A stretch of 64,000 nucleotides of DNA from an uncultured virus (IMG/VR IMGVR_UViG_2667528152_000001). Its lineage: Duplodnaviria; Heunggongvirae; Uroviricota; Caudoviricetes. The first letter of the stretch is position 1, and each line of letters opens with the position of its first letter. Of this stretch, positions 19,135 through 29,094 are shown piece after piece. The notes under the pieces are model-generated. The model saw nothing but the letters and a program-made list of their open reading frames with translations. It was not told where the DNA came from and did no database searches. The position numbers and the translations under genes are program-made. The stretch lies in the IMG/VR virus record IMGVR_UViG_2667528152_000001; one strand, written 5' to 3'.

Positions 19135-19662
19135 TTAACTACTTGCTTCTACATGAGAAACAGTATCGCCGTTTGTTTCAGTGACGTCTTTAAACACATA
19201 TTGAATAGCCTTGATTTGCTCTTTGGTGAGGGTAGCTTTACCTTTGACAGGTTTTCCATCAATAGCCATTTCTGTGGAAATTTCAGATAATTCTTCAACA
19301 TTTGAAGGGACTTCCCACGAACCTAATCGACCTATTGCGTACTCTGCATCATATTTATTGTCTGAATTGTTGTTGCTATTTAAGTCAATATCCCAGACCT
19401 CAATCTGCTTGCCATCTAAAACGGCATTTTTTAATGTTGTGTTCAATTCGTCGCGACTAGCAACCCCTTTGATTTCTAAGGTGACTTCTAGTCCTTTGTC
19501 AGAATTTATAGCACCATCTTTTGTGATCTTAGCATCTGTTTTTCTACTAAATTTCCACTTATGTTCCGTCTGAAAAGATAATTTAGCCGCAGCCTTCTTT
19601 TCCCCCAAAACACGAAACATCAAAATATTATCTTTACCATAAACTGGTGAACTTGTTACCAT
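19135..19662 (-). CDS. Major tail protein (TP901-1 family)
   Basis: GKDNILMFR...LSFQTEH...TKDG. Confidence 0.9.
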   Translation of the reverse strand: MVTSSPVYGKDNILMFRVLGEKKAAAKLSFQTEHKWKFSRKTDAKITKDGAINSDKGLEVTLEIKGVASRDELNTTLKNAVLDGKQIEVWDIDLNSNNNSDNKYDAEYAIGRLGSWEVPSNVEELSEISTEMAIDGKPVKGKATLTKEQIKAIQYVFKDVTETNGDTVSHVEASS

Positions 19663-19670
19663 GCTTCCTC

Positions 19671-20060
19671 CTATATAAAACTAAAATACATGTTCAAAAT
19701 GCCACGATATAAATTCTCGTTAGTACTATTATCTTTTAAGATTTCGGTATCACTATCATCTATAATCATGGACCATCTTCTATTTTCTATTTGGTTTATT
19801 TCACTGACCGCCTGCATAATTCGAGCAACTATATCACTTATCAATTTTCTGTCCATGCCGTCTCCCCAGACGTTTATCGTTGTTGAGCACTTGCCGATTA
19901 ATTGGGTTTTTGTCGCTCTCGGCATTATATGAGTGTCTCCCATCACAACAAAAGGGTATTTTGTACCCAACGGTGGAAGGAAATCGTAAACAGTCAATCC
20001 TATATCAGTGAGTCTTTTAAAAATCTCATCAAACAATTGTTGATCCGGTTGTTTCATCAT
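19671..20060 (-). CDS. Tail terminator/completion protein
   Basis: PDQQLFD...VYDFLP...YPFVVMG; synteny. Confidence 0.75.
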   Translation of the reverse strand: MMKQPDQQLFDEIFKRLTDIGLTVYDFLPPLGTKYPFVVMGDTHIMPRATKTQLIGKCSTTINVWGDGMDRKLISDIVARIMQAVSEINQIENRRWSMIIDDSDTEILKDNSTNENLYRGILNMYFSFI

Positions 20061-20452
20061 TCAACCCTCGCTAAATCTTTAATGAAGTTGTCAATGACAC
20101 TATCAAGAGCTGGCTTCATAAACGGTTGCTCCTCCATTAATCGTGTACCTGTTTCCAAGTAACCGGAATAATTTGTCCCAGCCTTCACTTTAGCAACTGT
20201 ACTTTGATTACTAAACTCTAATTTAATAGACCTTCTAGTAGCTCCTGTAGGTTTAACAAAAACACGCCCTTTGCCTTTTTGCCACTCATAATGCCCATTA
20301 AATACAGCTTTATCAATAGCCTTTGAGTGCATTTTAGTTCCGTGTTTTCTGACAGCTTTGCGCTTGTTTTCAAAAGTAACTTCTTTTTTTAACGCAGATA
20401 GCAACTCATGTTCCCCTTCCAATGTTAAGTTAATCATTAACAATCTCCTCAA
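20057..20452 (-). CDS. HK97 gp10-family neck protein
   Basis: TGATRRSI, YSGYLETGTR and QPFMKPA. Confidence 0.85.
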   Translation of the reverse strand: MRRLLMINLTLEGEHELLSALKKEVTFENKRKAVRKHGTKMHSKAIDKAVFNGHYEWQKGKGRVFVKPTGATRRSIKLEFSNQSTVAKVKAGTNYSGYLETGTRLMEEQPFMKPALDSVIDNFIKDLARVE

Positions 20453-20729
20453 CGTATAAAGCTTTATTTCTGCTCGTTACAACACGATAAGCTTTATCTT
20501 TGATTAAAACCCTATCCACCTTCTTAACGCTGTGACGTAGCCTTACAATGCGTCTATCAAGGTCTAACTTCTCGTCTAACAGATTAGATAGTTCTATACC
20601 TTGCTCCGAGATGTTACACGGAACGACATCTTTTTTAACTTCTCCTCCAACACGTTTCCCAAGAGTTGGATCATATCGAGGTTCACCGTTAGCTTTAATT
20701 AAAAGAGTAACTCTATCGTTATATCTCAT
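20430..20729 (-). CDS. Head closure/head-tail adaptor
   Basis: MRYNDRVTL...YDPTLG; synteny. Confidence 0.7.
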   Translation of the reverse strand: MRYNDRVTLLIKANGEPRYDPTLGKRVGGEVKKDVVPCNISEQGIELSNLLDEKLDLDRRIVRLRHSVKKVDRVLIKDKAYRVVTSRNKALYVEEIVND

Positions 20730-21091
20730 AAAAAATAAAGTCCACCTTTTTTAGATTTTTGATTTGAAATATTAAGCTTACTTTTAATCATTAAATCATA
20801 CGGTTCAAACTCGTTTAAAAAGTCGTAATAAGTGATAGCTCTTCCTTCCACGGACTCAGACTTAGCCCGTTCAGCACCTCGCCTGTTATAGCGAGCAATC
20901 AAACAATCTTCAAGGACAAATGAAAAGGCACTATCTATCTCATTAGTGCCATACTCTGCTGAAAAGTGGTCAGTAATCCTTTTTAGCAACATTTCCAATA
21001 GTTTGTCTTGTAATGTATCGTTGATATCTAAATCAAGCTTTACATTATTAATGATTGTTTGCGTGTTTATCTTTTCCATAAACACCTCCAA
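20726..21091 (-). CDS. Head-tail connector protein
   Basis: RYNRRGAERAKSESVEGRAITY. Confidence 0.85.
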   Translation of the reverse strand: MEVFMEKINTQTIINNVKLDLDINDTLQDKLLEMLLKRITDHFSAEYGTNEIDSAFSFVLEDCLIARYNRRGAERAKSESVEGRAITYYDFLNEFEPYDLMIKSKLNISNQKSKKGGLYFL

Positions 21092-21094
21092 AAA

Positions 21095-21349
21095 TTAATC
21101 GGTGTGAGATTCTAAAAGCTCTAGCAATTCCGCTTTTTTAGCTTTAGAATCGTAATTAACACCTAGTTCATCAAGTTCACGCTTTAGCTCGTCAACTTTT
21201 AAATTGCTAAAGTTTGTTGACTGTGTGTCAGTAGCTTTTAAAACACCTTTCCCAGTCAAAAACTCAACTCTAGCACCGTTATACTCTTCACCGACTTTAT
21301 AAATAAAACCAGTCTCTTTATCTCTAAAAGCTTCAATTACTAGAGCCAC
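21095..21349 (-). CDS. HeH/LEM-domain phage protein
   Basis: LKVDELKRELDELGVNYDSKAKKAELLELL. Confidence 0.8.
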   Translation of the reverse strand: MALVIEAFRDKETGFIYKVGEEYNGARVEFLTGKGVLKATDTQSTNFSNLKVDELKRELDELGVNYDSKAKKAELLELLESHTD

Positions 21350-21361
21350 GATTACCTCCTT

Positions 21362-22414
21362 TTATAATGATACTTCCGAACTTGTTACAATCTGTACTTC
21401 ATCTAAGCGCTCGAATGATGGTAGAGCAATCATAGAAACCTTAGTCTGTACGTTAACAGGATCAGTAGTCTTAGTAGTTGTAACAGCAATACCTGTCTCT
21501 ACAAGAGATACCTGTGCATCTGTTGCTTGACCTCCCATGAGGTCAGACTGTTCAGGAGTTGTCCCAAATACTGTATAGCCAAGATTTCCGTTAGGTACAA
21601 GTGTAACTACGCCATCAGGGAAATACTTCTTGCTTTCACCTGCGTCGTTAACGAACACACCATCTTTAAGTAAGATGTTTAATCCCAATTCTTCAGAAAG
21701 ATAAGATTTTAATTCTGCTTTAGTAACAATTGAGCCTTCTGGTGCAAGTGGTTTAATTACTTTTACGGTTGCTTTTGCATTTTTGATATAGCCAAAAGTT
21801 TTTGAGTTTAAGACAATAGCTTCAGGAACGTGACCACGCTCTGTTACTGTTTCAATAGCTTTCTCAATGTCGGCAAGAGGGTTAGCAGTTTCTTTATTTG
21901 ACCATTCTTGTGAACTTTTAGTCGTTTGAGTTACAGCTAATCCATAATCGATATCTTTCATAACACCGTTTGAATTGATGTGGATTTTACCACTTGACAA
22001 CACTTCCATGCGCATAGCTTCAAGACGTGCTTTAGCACCAGCGATTAGAGTAGTTTCATCATTAAAGATTGTTGATAACACTGTGTCAATAAGTTCTTGA
22101 TTTTTAGTTTGTGCTAAAACGTTAAGTTGTTGACGGTCAGCCTCTTTTACAAACATACCTTCTTTGAAGTAAGGCATTTCTTCGTCTAACAAGTCTACAG
22201 ACATGCGGTCACGAAGTGGAACTTTAGTGTCAAACGCCGCCGCTTTGATACTAACTGGTTTGCCAGCTGCTCCTTTGATAAAGGATAACTTAAGACCAAG
22301 TTGTTGTTTAGATGGGAAAGCTTTTTCTCCCAAAGACAAGTCAACGTTTGCTTGTTGTTTATCATAAAATCCTTTGATGTTAGCAGATGTTACAACGTCA
22401 TAAATTAATGCCAT
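21362..22414 (-). CDS. Major capsid protein
   Basis: 350 aa, gpE-like motifs (FDTKVPLRDR, FGTTPEQSDL, SMIALPSF). Confidence 0.88.
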   Translation of the reverse strand: MALIYDVVTSANIKGFYDKQQANVDLSLGEKAFPSKQQLGLKLSFIKGAAGKPVSIKAAAFDTKVPLRDRMSVDLLDEEMPYFKEGMFVKEADRQQLNVLAQTKNQELIDTVLSTIFNDETTLIAGAKARLEAMRMEVLSSGKIHINSNGVMKDIDYGLAVTQTTKSSQEWSNKETANPLADIEKAIETVTERGHVPEAIVLNSKTFGYIKNAKATVKVIKPLAPEGSIVTKAELKSYLSEELGLNILLKDGVFVNDAGESKKYFPDGVVTLVPNGNLGYTVFGTTPEQSDLMGGQATDAQVSLVETGIAVTTTKTTDPVNVQTKVSMIALPSFERLDEVQIVTSSEVSL

Positions 22415-22797
22415 TATTTAGTTCCTCCTTTTACAAATACAATGTGTGGTAATTTAGTAGCTAATTTTGATGGATCTTTAGCCAAAGCAGAGTCTGCCAA
22501 CTTATCAGAATTTACTGTGCCACGATAAACAAGAGGACCCGCAGCATTGCCTTTAGATAAGTCAACATCTGTCAACAAAATGCCATCGATATGAGCTTCA
22601 CCATCTACTTCACTGTTTTGAACTGGTTTTACTTTTTTAGTACGATCTTTAAAAACAGACTCATCAATCCCTGCTAAAACTGTTCCAGCAGATGCCAGTC
22701 CATTACCAAATTTACTTGCATCTAAAGTCACAGAAATCGCTTCGTATGGCAAGTTATGTAAAATCTCTTTTGATGTTTTTACTGTACGTTTATTCAT
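22414..22797 (-). CDS. Head decoration-like protein
   Basis: AGTVL and DGILLTDVD; lies between scaffold and capsid genes. Confidence 0.7.
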   Translation of the reverse strand: MNKRTVKTSKEILHNLPYEAISVTLDASKFGNGLASAGTVLAGIDESVFKDRTKKVKPVQNSEVDGEAHIDGILLTDVDLSKGNAAGPLVYRGTVNSDKLADSALAKDPSKLATKLPHIVFVKGGTK

Positions 22798-22806
22798 TTT
22801 TTCCTC

Positions 22807-23385
22807 CTAAAATAGTTTGGTGTTAACTTTTCCAGCTCGTTCTGCTAAGCTTGCACCAAAATTTGATTGAGTTGTAATAGAGCCACTTCCGATTGAAGGG
22901 GTGGCTTGTCGTGCCAATGATTTGCGATCATCAGCGATTGCTTTAGCAAATGCGCTAGCTAGCTTAGTGACATTTGCTTTTGTTTGCTCTGCATCTAAAG
23001 TTACTGCAAGACTAAGAACATCATCATCAACATTAATATCAGCCTCTGAAAACATTTTACGAGCAACTGCTGTTAGTTCGTTGCGTGTCTTATCATCTTT
23101 TAGTTGTTGCAACTCTTCTAACAATTTCTGTGTTTCGTAGTTAGCTTTTTCTTCGCTGTTCATCTTTGCTAATTTTTTAGCTTCGTCTTGCTCTGCTTTA
23201 AATTGCTCCTGAGCGTCTTTGTGAGCTTTTGCAACTGCACGATTAACATTCTGTTGTATCATTTCAGTTACTTCCGCTTGTGTAAAAGTCTTCTCTGATG
23301 TAGCTTCCGCTTTAACTTCTTCTTGAGTTTCGACTTCCTCTTGTGTTGCTTCGTCTACTACACCATTGTTAACTAAATCTGCCAT
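22807..23385 (-). CDS. Capsid scaffolding protein (DUF4355-like)
   Basis: EKTFTQAEV and EAKKLAKMNSEEKANYE coiled coil. Confidence 0.85.
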   Translation of the reverse strand: MADLVNNGVVDEATQEEVETQEEVKAEATSEKTFTQAEVTEMIQQNVNRAVAKAHKDAQEQFKAEQDEAKKLAKMNSEEKANYETQKLLEELQQLKDDKTRNELTAVARKMFSEADINVDDDVLSLAVTLDAEQTKANVTKLASAFAKAIADDRKSLARQATPSIGSGSITTQSNFGASLAERAGKVNTKLF

Positions 23386-23491
23386 GAGGCGCCTCCTGTT
23401 TAAAGTCATGTCTGACTATTAAATCTTGCACAGTTTATAGCCGTAAGCACGTTTTGGGCATAATAAAAACCAGCCTCAACTGGATTTGTGA

Positions 23492-23697
23492 CTATTTATT
23501 TTTCCATTTTTTCTTTGAGTGTTTTTTGATACGACTAAGCTCGTTGTTAGTCGCTTGTGCGTTATGCTCTACAATTTTTTCAAGTTGTTCAATCCGTTCG
23601 TGTTGTTTGCTTAATTCTTTAAAAAAAATTCGTTTTCTACAATAAGTGAAGCTATGTAGCGTTCGATTTTGCGTTTTTTCTTAATGCGTTTGTTCAT
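23492..23697 (-). pseudogene. Small phage protein, frameshifted in a T8 run
   Basis: MNKRIKKKRK... stops early; one extra base at 23621-23628 restores a 68-aa ORF ending KKKWKNK. Confidence 0.65.
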
Positions 23698-24665
23698 TTT
23701 TTACCTTTCTTATGTTCGATATCTTCACCAATAACTGCACAACGACAATGTGGGTGAAATGGCGGTGCTGTATTGCCTGTATCCCATTTTTCCATAGGAT
23801 ACGGACCGTCACTTGCTATTCCTTTACAAATAGAACAGGCGGAGGGCTCTGGCAATATCTCAAAACCATTAAACCCGTTGTCTTCTATTGACATTTTGCT
23901 AACTTCCATTTGTACCCTTGCATGTTCTGTGATTGCTAGACGTCTAGCATAGCTATCTGATACCCCAAACTCTTTTTTTAGCTTATTAGACAACTTAATG
24001 GCGTTATCGCCTTTTGTTATAGCTTTATAAACTTCCTCTTTTACTATTTTTCTAAGGTCGTCTTGCCTTTGCCAAATATTTTCACTCCACGTTGCGCCTT
24101 TGAAATTTGTATTTATGGTTACTTTAGCTAGCTTTTTAATGTCATTTTGACTAGAAACAGATGTTCCAAGTAAGCCAGACTGAAATTTCAACTCTTCTTC
24201 AAAACCATCTTCAAGGAATTTTTTTGTCGCTTTGTATTCATCTTCCGATAAGCTTTGCATCGCTAAATCAATATTTAATTGCAAAAGCTCTAAAGCGTTA
24301 ACTTTCATCTTTAAATTATAAACAGCCATGTCTATATTTTCTTGATGCGTAAAATTAGCTTTAGTGACTTTAATTCCCTCTTTGCGCATTTCGTTAGCCC
24401 TTGCAACTAATTCTTTTGCCTTTTTCTGATAAGCGTTGATATCAACGTCAGAGACAGCTTTTTTAGCGAGCTTTAAGTCTATTGCCTCTTTATCTGCATA
24501 ACGCTGGTAAAAAGACTCGATTTCTTTTTCGATTTCACGAAAATGGTAATCGTGTATCTGTTTCATGGACTTTCCCAACTTGATATCTTTTTTGTCTTTG
24601 GCTTCCATCTCTTTTTTAACACGTTTACGCCAATAACTTTTACCTTCCTTAGTGTGCATGTCCAT
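23694..24665 (-). CDS. Minor capsid protein (SPP1 gp7/MuF-like)
   Basis: YWRKR, WSENIW, RLAITE and PPFHPHCRC. Confidence 0.9.
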   Translation of the reverse strand: MDMHTKEGKSYWRKRVKKEMEAKDKKDIKLGKSMKQIHDYHFREIEKEIESFYQRYADKEAIDLKLAKKAVSDVDINAYQKKAKELVARANEMRKEGIKVTKANFTHQENIDMAVYNLKMKVNALELLQLNIDLAMQSLSEDEYKATKKFLEDGFEEELKFQSGLLGTSVSSQNDIKKLAKVTINTNFKGATWSENIWQRQDDLRKIVKEEVYKAITKGDNAIKLSNKLKKEFGVSDSYARRLAITEHARVQMEVSKMSIEDNGFNGFEILPEPSACSICKGIASDGPYPMEKWDTGNTAPPFHPHCRCAVIGEDIEHKKGKK

Positions 24666-26142
24666 GAGCTAACTCCTTGTCTGACATACGTGTTTGAGCT
24701 TCTAGTTTTTGAGCTAACAAACTGCCCGACTGCGATTCTTGCATGATTTTATCTTCTTCTTCATCTGGATCATCAACAATACCAGTGACAAACATCTTAG
24801 TTTTGTTTGATAACTCTCCACCAAGTGCTTTAAAATCATTTATTTTTTCTTGGTCTGACTTAGGTAAGTTTGGAGTAAAGATTATTTTTAGCTTGCTGAT
24901 ATCAAAATCTTTAATTTCACTTAAAAACTCACCAACATGAGCGATAAGCTTATATCTACGTTTCAACGACTACTCAAATAACGCTTGTAAGTCCACACGT
25001 TCTTGGTCTAGTCCAAAAACTTTCCACTTGAGCGCTTCTCCGGACTGATTACCAGCAAATTTGTTGTCTGTCATATCTGGCGTATTAGTAAATCTGTGGA
25101 TATCCTCAGCGATTCTGTTTTTATACGCTTCAGTTCCTTGCACGTCATATTTTTTATACAAATACTTAGCGTCAACAGAACCTTCACGTCCTTCGCTATC
25201 AACAGGTGGTTCTAGATTTAACAATCTAGCTTTTCGCATAGCTCTCAAATATGTAATAGCTTTTTCCGGTGTATCTACGTATTCAGGAAACGACACACGA
25301 CCAATAATTGCTAGAATAGCGTCTGACAAGTCTTGCATGTAGTTAGCTGTGTCTGACTGCGCAGAGTCGTATAAATCAATCAAAGATAATTCTGTTTCGT
25401 AATCGCCTAAACCGTCATCTGTATTAAGATATTCCGTGATAGGGACAGCACCAAAAGCATGCGGTTGTCTACCTATCTCTGTTAATTCTCCGTCAAATTC
25501 AAAAAAGATAACTTCCGAACTTGTATAAACTTCTACTGTCTTGTCTGTTTTATCTATTTGACTTTTGTTGTAGTATCGCACACCAATAAGACTATCTTTA
25601 TCAACATCATTTTTATAGATAATAAAAGTCTCTCTCGGGTCTAGTCTTATCACTTTTGTTTTATTGTCTGCACTACGATAAGCGAGTTCGTAAGCACGAC
25701 CAACTTTAGACAAGTCTTTTATAAGTTGTCTATTTAATTGATGGAAGTTGTTCTTTTTTGCTAACTCTTTTAAAAGTTCGTTGTTAACTTCATCGTCATA
25801 CTCAACACGTATTGGATTACCAACAAGATATCCCTGTTTAAATGTTGATATATACTTGCCATAATTATGTATGGCACGAACATCAGCCATGTCCTCATCT
25901 TGCCTACGACCAGACTTAGATACCTCGTGATTGTTTCCTTCTGCATAATCTAACAACTCTTGTATACGTGGTTTTTGAATGTTCTCGTGGTGTTTTAAGT
26001 ATTCAAGTAATATTTTATAGTTGTCATCAAACAAAGCGCTTATATCGCTTATCTGATACCTCATTCTTGACTCACGATGAAAACGCAACTCTAAAAGTTT
26101 ATGTTCCCCAGTTGAGTCAATAAAATCTTCTATGTGTGCCAT
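24649..26142 (-). pseudogene. SPP1-type portal protein interrupted by in-frame TAG
   Basis: ORFs 24970-26142 and 24649-24966 are in the same frame: ...LQALFE*SLKRRY..., TAG at 24970-24972. Motif FAGNQSGEALKWK. Confidence 0.9.
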
Positions 26143-26154
26143 TGTTTCTCCTAT

Positions 26155-27390
26155 CTAGTTTTTAAGACCTTGATAAAGTACATTGAAATTGTTGGTTTTA
26201 CTTATGCTATCTTCTTTATGCTGTGAATAAAGAGCATATCTGATGGCATCTAGCACATCATCGTATTCTTTTTGTGGTTCGTCTTTTGTGCTGTTAGGTT
26301 TCCATTTGTATTGATATATCTCATCAAAAAAACGAGGTATCACGCCCCGTTTAATAAATAACCTGTTTTCTTTCAAAAGTTTGGCGATATGTTCAATTCC
26401 TGAAACAATCGACTTGTTAGCGTTCCTTGCTTTTAAACGTTCCCTTTGAAATCTCGTTACATGTTCAGGGCGAGCGCTATCTGACCAAAAAATAATATTG
26501 CCGTAATGCTCTTTAAACTCATTAGCTCTATCAACCCACCAATCTATTTCTTTATATTGCTCTGCAATACCGTCTAAAAGGTAATAGTTGCCTTTTTTGT
26601 CTTCTCCGACAATCACAATCGAACCATAATGGCTGTATCCCCAGTCAACTCCAGCGAAATATCTAAACATCTTAGGCAATTCAACCACTTCGTGGACGTT
26701 TTTATCATAATCAGAATAAATAGCACCCTCTGCGACCGTCCATTTACCTAAAATGTCACGGTCATAGAATTTTCCACTAGGCGTTGCAGCTTTTATAGAT
26801 TCGATGTATCGCTTAGACAAAAATGTGTTATCGTCTAATTTAAAGCTAAAATCAATAATCATATCATCGTCAGAGTCGATATAATCCGTTTTGAGCCAAT
26901 GATTAGGGTTATCTGGGTTACTATCCCAAACTATCCTTGCACCCTCACCAGAACACCTAGAAATGATTTCTTTGAACACTGTCTCGTTAGCAAGTGAAGC
27001 TTCGTTAACATATGCACCATAAGCCGTAAAACCACGAGCACGTTTAAGCCCCGATATAGAACCAGTATAGACCTGCACCACCTTGACTCCAGCTAGAACA
27101 AAAGCACCATGTTTATCATATTTAGGTTCAATATCAAAGGTATTGTACAGGTCTTGTAAAATGTTGTTGTGAATAGATGTTGACGAAGTCCCAGCCAAAA
27201 TATACATTGGTTCTTCAACGCCTAGTTTGTCAGCTATCCTACGCACCCTCACCAGCTCATTAAGAAAAGTAATATTGTTAACATAGGTTTTACCCGAACG
27301 CTTAGCGCCGTGAAGACCGCATATAAAGAAGTCGTTATGTCTGATTTGTTCAAGCACTTGCCATTGTTTAGGCGTAAAATCAACGATCAT
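26155..27390 (-). CDS. terL: Terminase large subunit (PBSX family)
   Basis: Walker A GAKRSGKT, YVNEAS, DSNPDNP, GVDWG and DDVLDAIRYA. Confidence 0.93.
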   Translation of the reverse strand: MIVDFTPKQWQVLEQIRHNDFFICGLHGAKRSGKTYVNNITFLNELVRVRRIADKLGVEEPMYILAGTSSTSIHNNILQDLYNTFDIEPKYDKHGAFVLAGVKVVQVYTGSISGLKRARGFTAYGAYVNEASLANETVFKEIISRCSGEGARIVWDSNPDNPNHWLKTDYIDSDDDMIIDFSFKLDDNTFLSKRYIESIKAATPSGKFYDRDILGKWTVAEGAIYSDYDKNVHEVVELPKMFRYFAGVDWGYSHYGSIVIVGEDKKGNYYLLDGIAEQYKEIDWWVDRANEFKEHYGNIIFWSDSARPEHVTRFQRERLKARNANKSIVSGIEHIAKLLKENRLFIKRGVIPRFFDEIYQYKWKPNSTKDEPQKEYDDVLDAIRYALYSQHKEDSISKTNNFNVLYQGLKN

Positions 27391-27871
27391 CTAAAACCTC
27401 TCCAAGCGCCTTAGTAAAGGCAACCAATTTATCTTCCTGTTCTTCATCACCAACAACTTGTGCTTTAAGTTTCTCAATTTCAAGTTTAAGTTTTTCAAGT
27501 TCCCATTTAGTCGGATAGCGTTTCATCAATTCGCTACCTGCTTTGATAACCTCAGCGATAGATGGCTTTTTCTCGATACTCACAAACTCACCAGTCACTG
27601 GATTTAATTCGGTCACTTCTTCGGTTAGTTCTTGTCTGAGAACCTTAGTAAAAACTCTTAAAATCTCATCTGCTTTTGCGATTGCTTGGTCTTCTAAAAT
27701 AGCCATACGATCATCTATCGCTTGTTTTATTTGAGGTTTTTTGAGGTTTTCTGCACCAGATTGATAGGCTGCTTTTTCAGCATATCCTGCCTTGATTGCA
27801 GCATCAGTTGCATTTCCCGAGATGATGTACTCATCTATAAATTTTTGTTGTTTCAGTGTTAATTTACCTAT
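27380..27871 (-). CDS. terS: Terminase small subunit, probable ATA start
   Basis: Frame open upstream of the track ORF: KLTLKQQKFIDEYIISGNATDAAIKAGY. SD GGAGGTG lies 7 nt before ATA. Confidence 0.85.
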   Translation of the reverse strand: MGKLTLKQQKFIDEYIISGNATDAAIKAGYAEKAAYQSGAENLKKPQIKQAIDDRMAILEDQAIAKADEILRVFTKVLRQELTEEVTELNPVTGEFVSIEKKPSIAEVIKAGSELMKRYPTKWELEKLKLEIEKLKAQVVGDEEQEDKLVAFTKALGEVLDDR

Positions 27872-27980
27872 TTTCCATCACCTCCTCCGTTTTTAAAAAA
27901 ATAAGTATTTTATGCGTATTTTACTTGACAAACATGTCTTTTATGTGTATAATATAAGTATAGAAAGTGAGGTAAGCAAT

Positions 27981-28166
27981 ATGCCAATGACCCCTAAGCA
28001 AATGATTAAATTGCTTAAAAAGAACGGGTTTTATGAAATTAGTCAAAACGGTAGTCATAAAAAACTTCGTGATGACTTAGGACACCAAACAATCGTTCCA
28101 ATGCACAATAAAGACCTTGGCAAGGGTCTTGAAGATACCATCTTAAAACAAGCGGGTTTGAAATAA
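27981..28166 (+). CDS. hicA: HicA toxin
   Basis: MIKLLKKNGF...NGSHKKL...TIVPMH..DLGKG...ILKQAGL; TTGACA-17-TATAAT at 27925-27953. Confidence 0.92.
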   Translation: MPMTPKQMIKLLKKNGFYEISQNGSHKKLRDDLGHQTIVPMHNKDLGKGLEDTILKQAGLK

Positions 28167-28218
28167 TCCGCTTAACAAGATGGCTTGCTTATCTCACAAT
28201 AATCAAAGGAGAATTATT

Positions 28219-28596
28219 ATGTTAGTTTATCCAGCTATATTCACACAAGACTCAGATTATATCATGGTTACATTTCCAGATGTCCCTGAAGCAATCACTC
28301 AAGGTGAAGGCTTTCAAGAAGCTTACGAAATGGCTGTCGAAGTCTTAGGTTTTGCCCTTGAAGATTATACTGACTATCCAAAGGCGAGCTCCGTTTCTGA
28401 TTTAAAAGAACAGTATCCTGGTTCTGATATTGCTTTAATTGGCATTGATATGATTGCCTACATGAAAAAATATCACTCTAAGAAGGTACGCAAAAACGTG
28501 ACTATTCCTGAATGGTTGAACAACGCAGCCGAAGATAAAAATCTCAACTTTTCCCAAGTACTTACTGAAGCACTTGAATTAAAATTACAAGCATAA
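28219..28596 (+). CDS. hicB: HicB antitoxin
   Basis: YPAIF...VTFPDVPEAITQG and C-terminal RHH VRKNVTIPEWL...NFSQVL. Confidence 0.92.
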   Translation: MLVYPAIFTQDSDYIMVTFPDVPEAITQGEGFQEAYEMAVEVLGFALEDYTDYPKASSVSDLKEQYPGSDIALIGIDMIAYMKKYHSKKVRKNVTIPEWLNNAAEDKNLNFSQVLTEALELKLQA

Positions 28597-28731
28597 GAGC
28601 CACCGTTGTGGTTCTTTTTGCATAATAAAAAGCCACCACAATTGGTGACTAATTGGTTAACCATAGATAAATAGCGAATGAATGCTAAGCTAATTGCCTA
28701 CCCCATTCTGGGACACTTCTATTTATCGAAC

Positions 28732-28831
28732 AGGAACAGTCGGAATCGAACCGACACATATAATCAGACCGTCGACAATCCAATTATCAAGGCGCTACCT
28801 CTACCGTTTTCCAATCACGGTTCATGTTCAT
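28732..28831 (-). ncRNA. tRNA-like element with expanded central region
   Basis: Acceptor ATGAACA/TGTTCCT, D-like ACCG-TGATTGGAAAA-CGGT, T-arm GTCGG-TTCGATT-CCGAC. Confidence 0.55.
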
Positions 28832-28900
28832 AACGGTTTAGTCTTACTTGGCGCAAAGGTCCCCGTAGAGATACCAGTGCTTATTTTTAAAGTAAGCCTA

Positions 28901-28943
28901 TAGACCCATCACGAATCGAACGTGATTAGTACCATAAGGTCTA
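28901..28943 (-). ncRNA. tRNA minihelix-like element (acceptor plus T-arm only)
   Basis: TAGACCT/GGGTCTA stem plus ATCACG-TTCGATT-CGTGAT. Confidence 0.5.
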
Positions 28944-29015
28944 CACAAAAACGGTTATAACTCCACTCCATGTCCCACGCCTGCTGTATTGCTCTAGTGG
29001 CTGAAATAACCACTA

Positions 29016-29094
29016 TTGAGACGGCAGGATTCGAACCTGCGTACGTTTCAGACCCTTTATAGTCATATCGCTCCCCCAACTGAGCTACGTCTCA
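29016..29094 (-). tRNA. tRNA-like gene with aberrant anticodon arm
   Basis: TGAGACG/CGTCTCA acceptor, TA-GCTC...GAGC D-arm, GCAGG-TTCGAAT-CCTGC T-arm; no canonical 5-bp stem/7-nt loop anticodon arm. Confidence 0.65.

Noticed and set aside
29016..29094. Amber suppressor tRNA that could rescue the portal TAG (a CTA lies in the anticodon region)
   Set aside because: The CTA is not centred in a canonical 7-nt loop and the arm is malformed, so decoding is unsupported.
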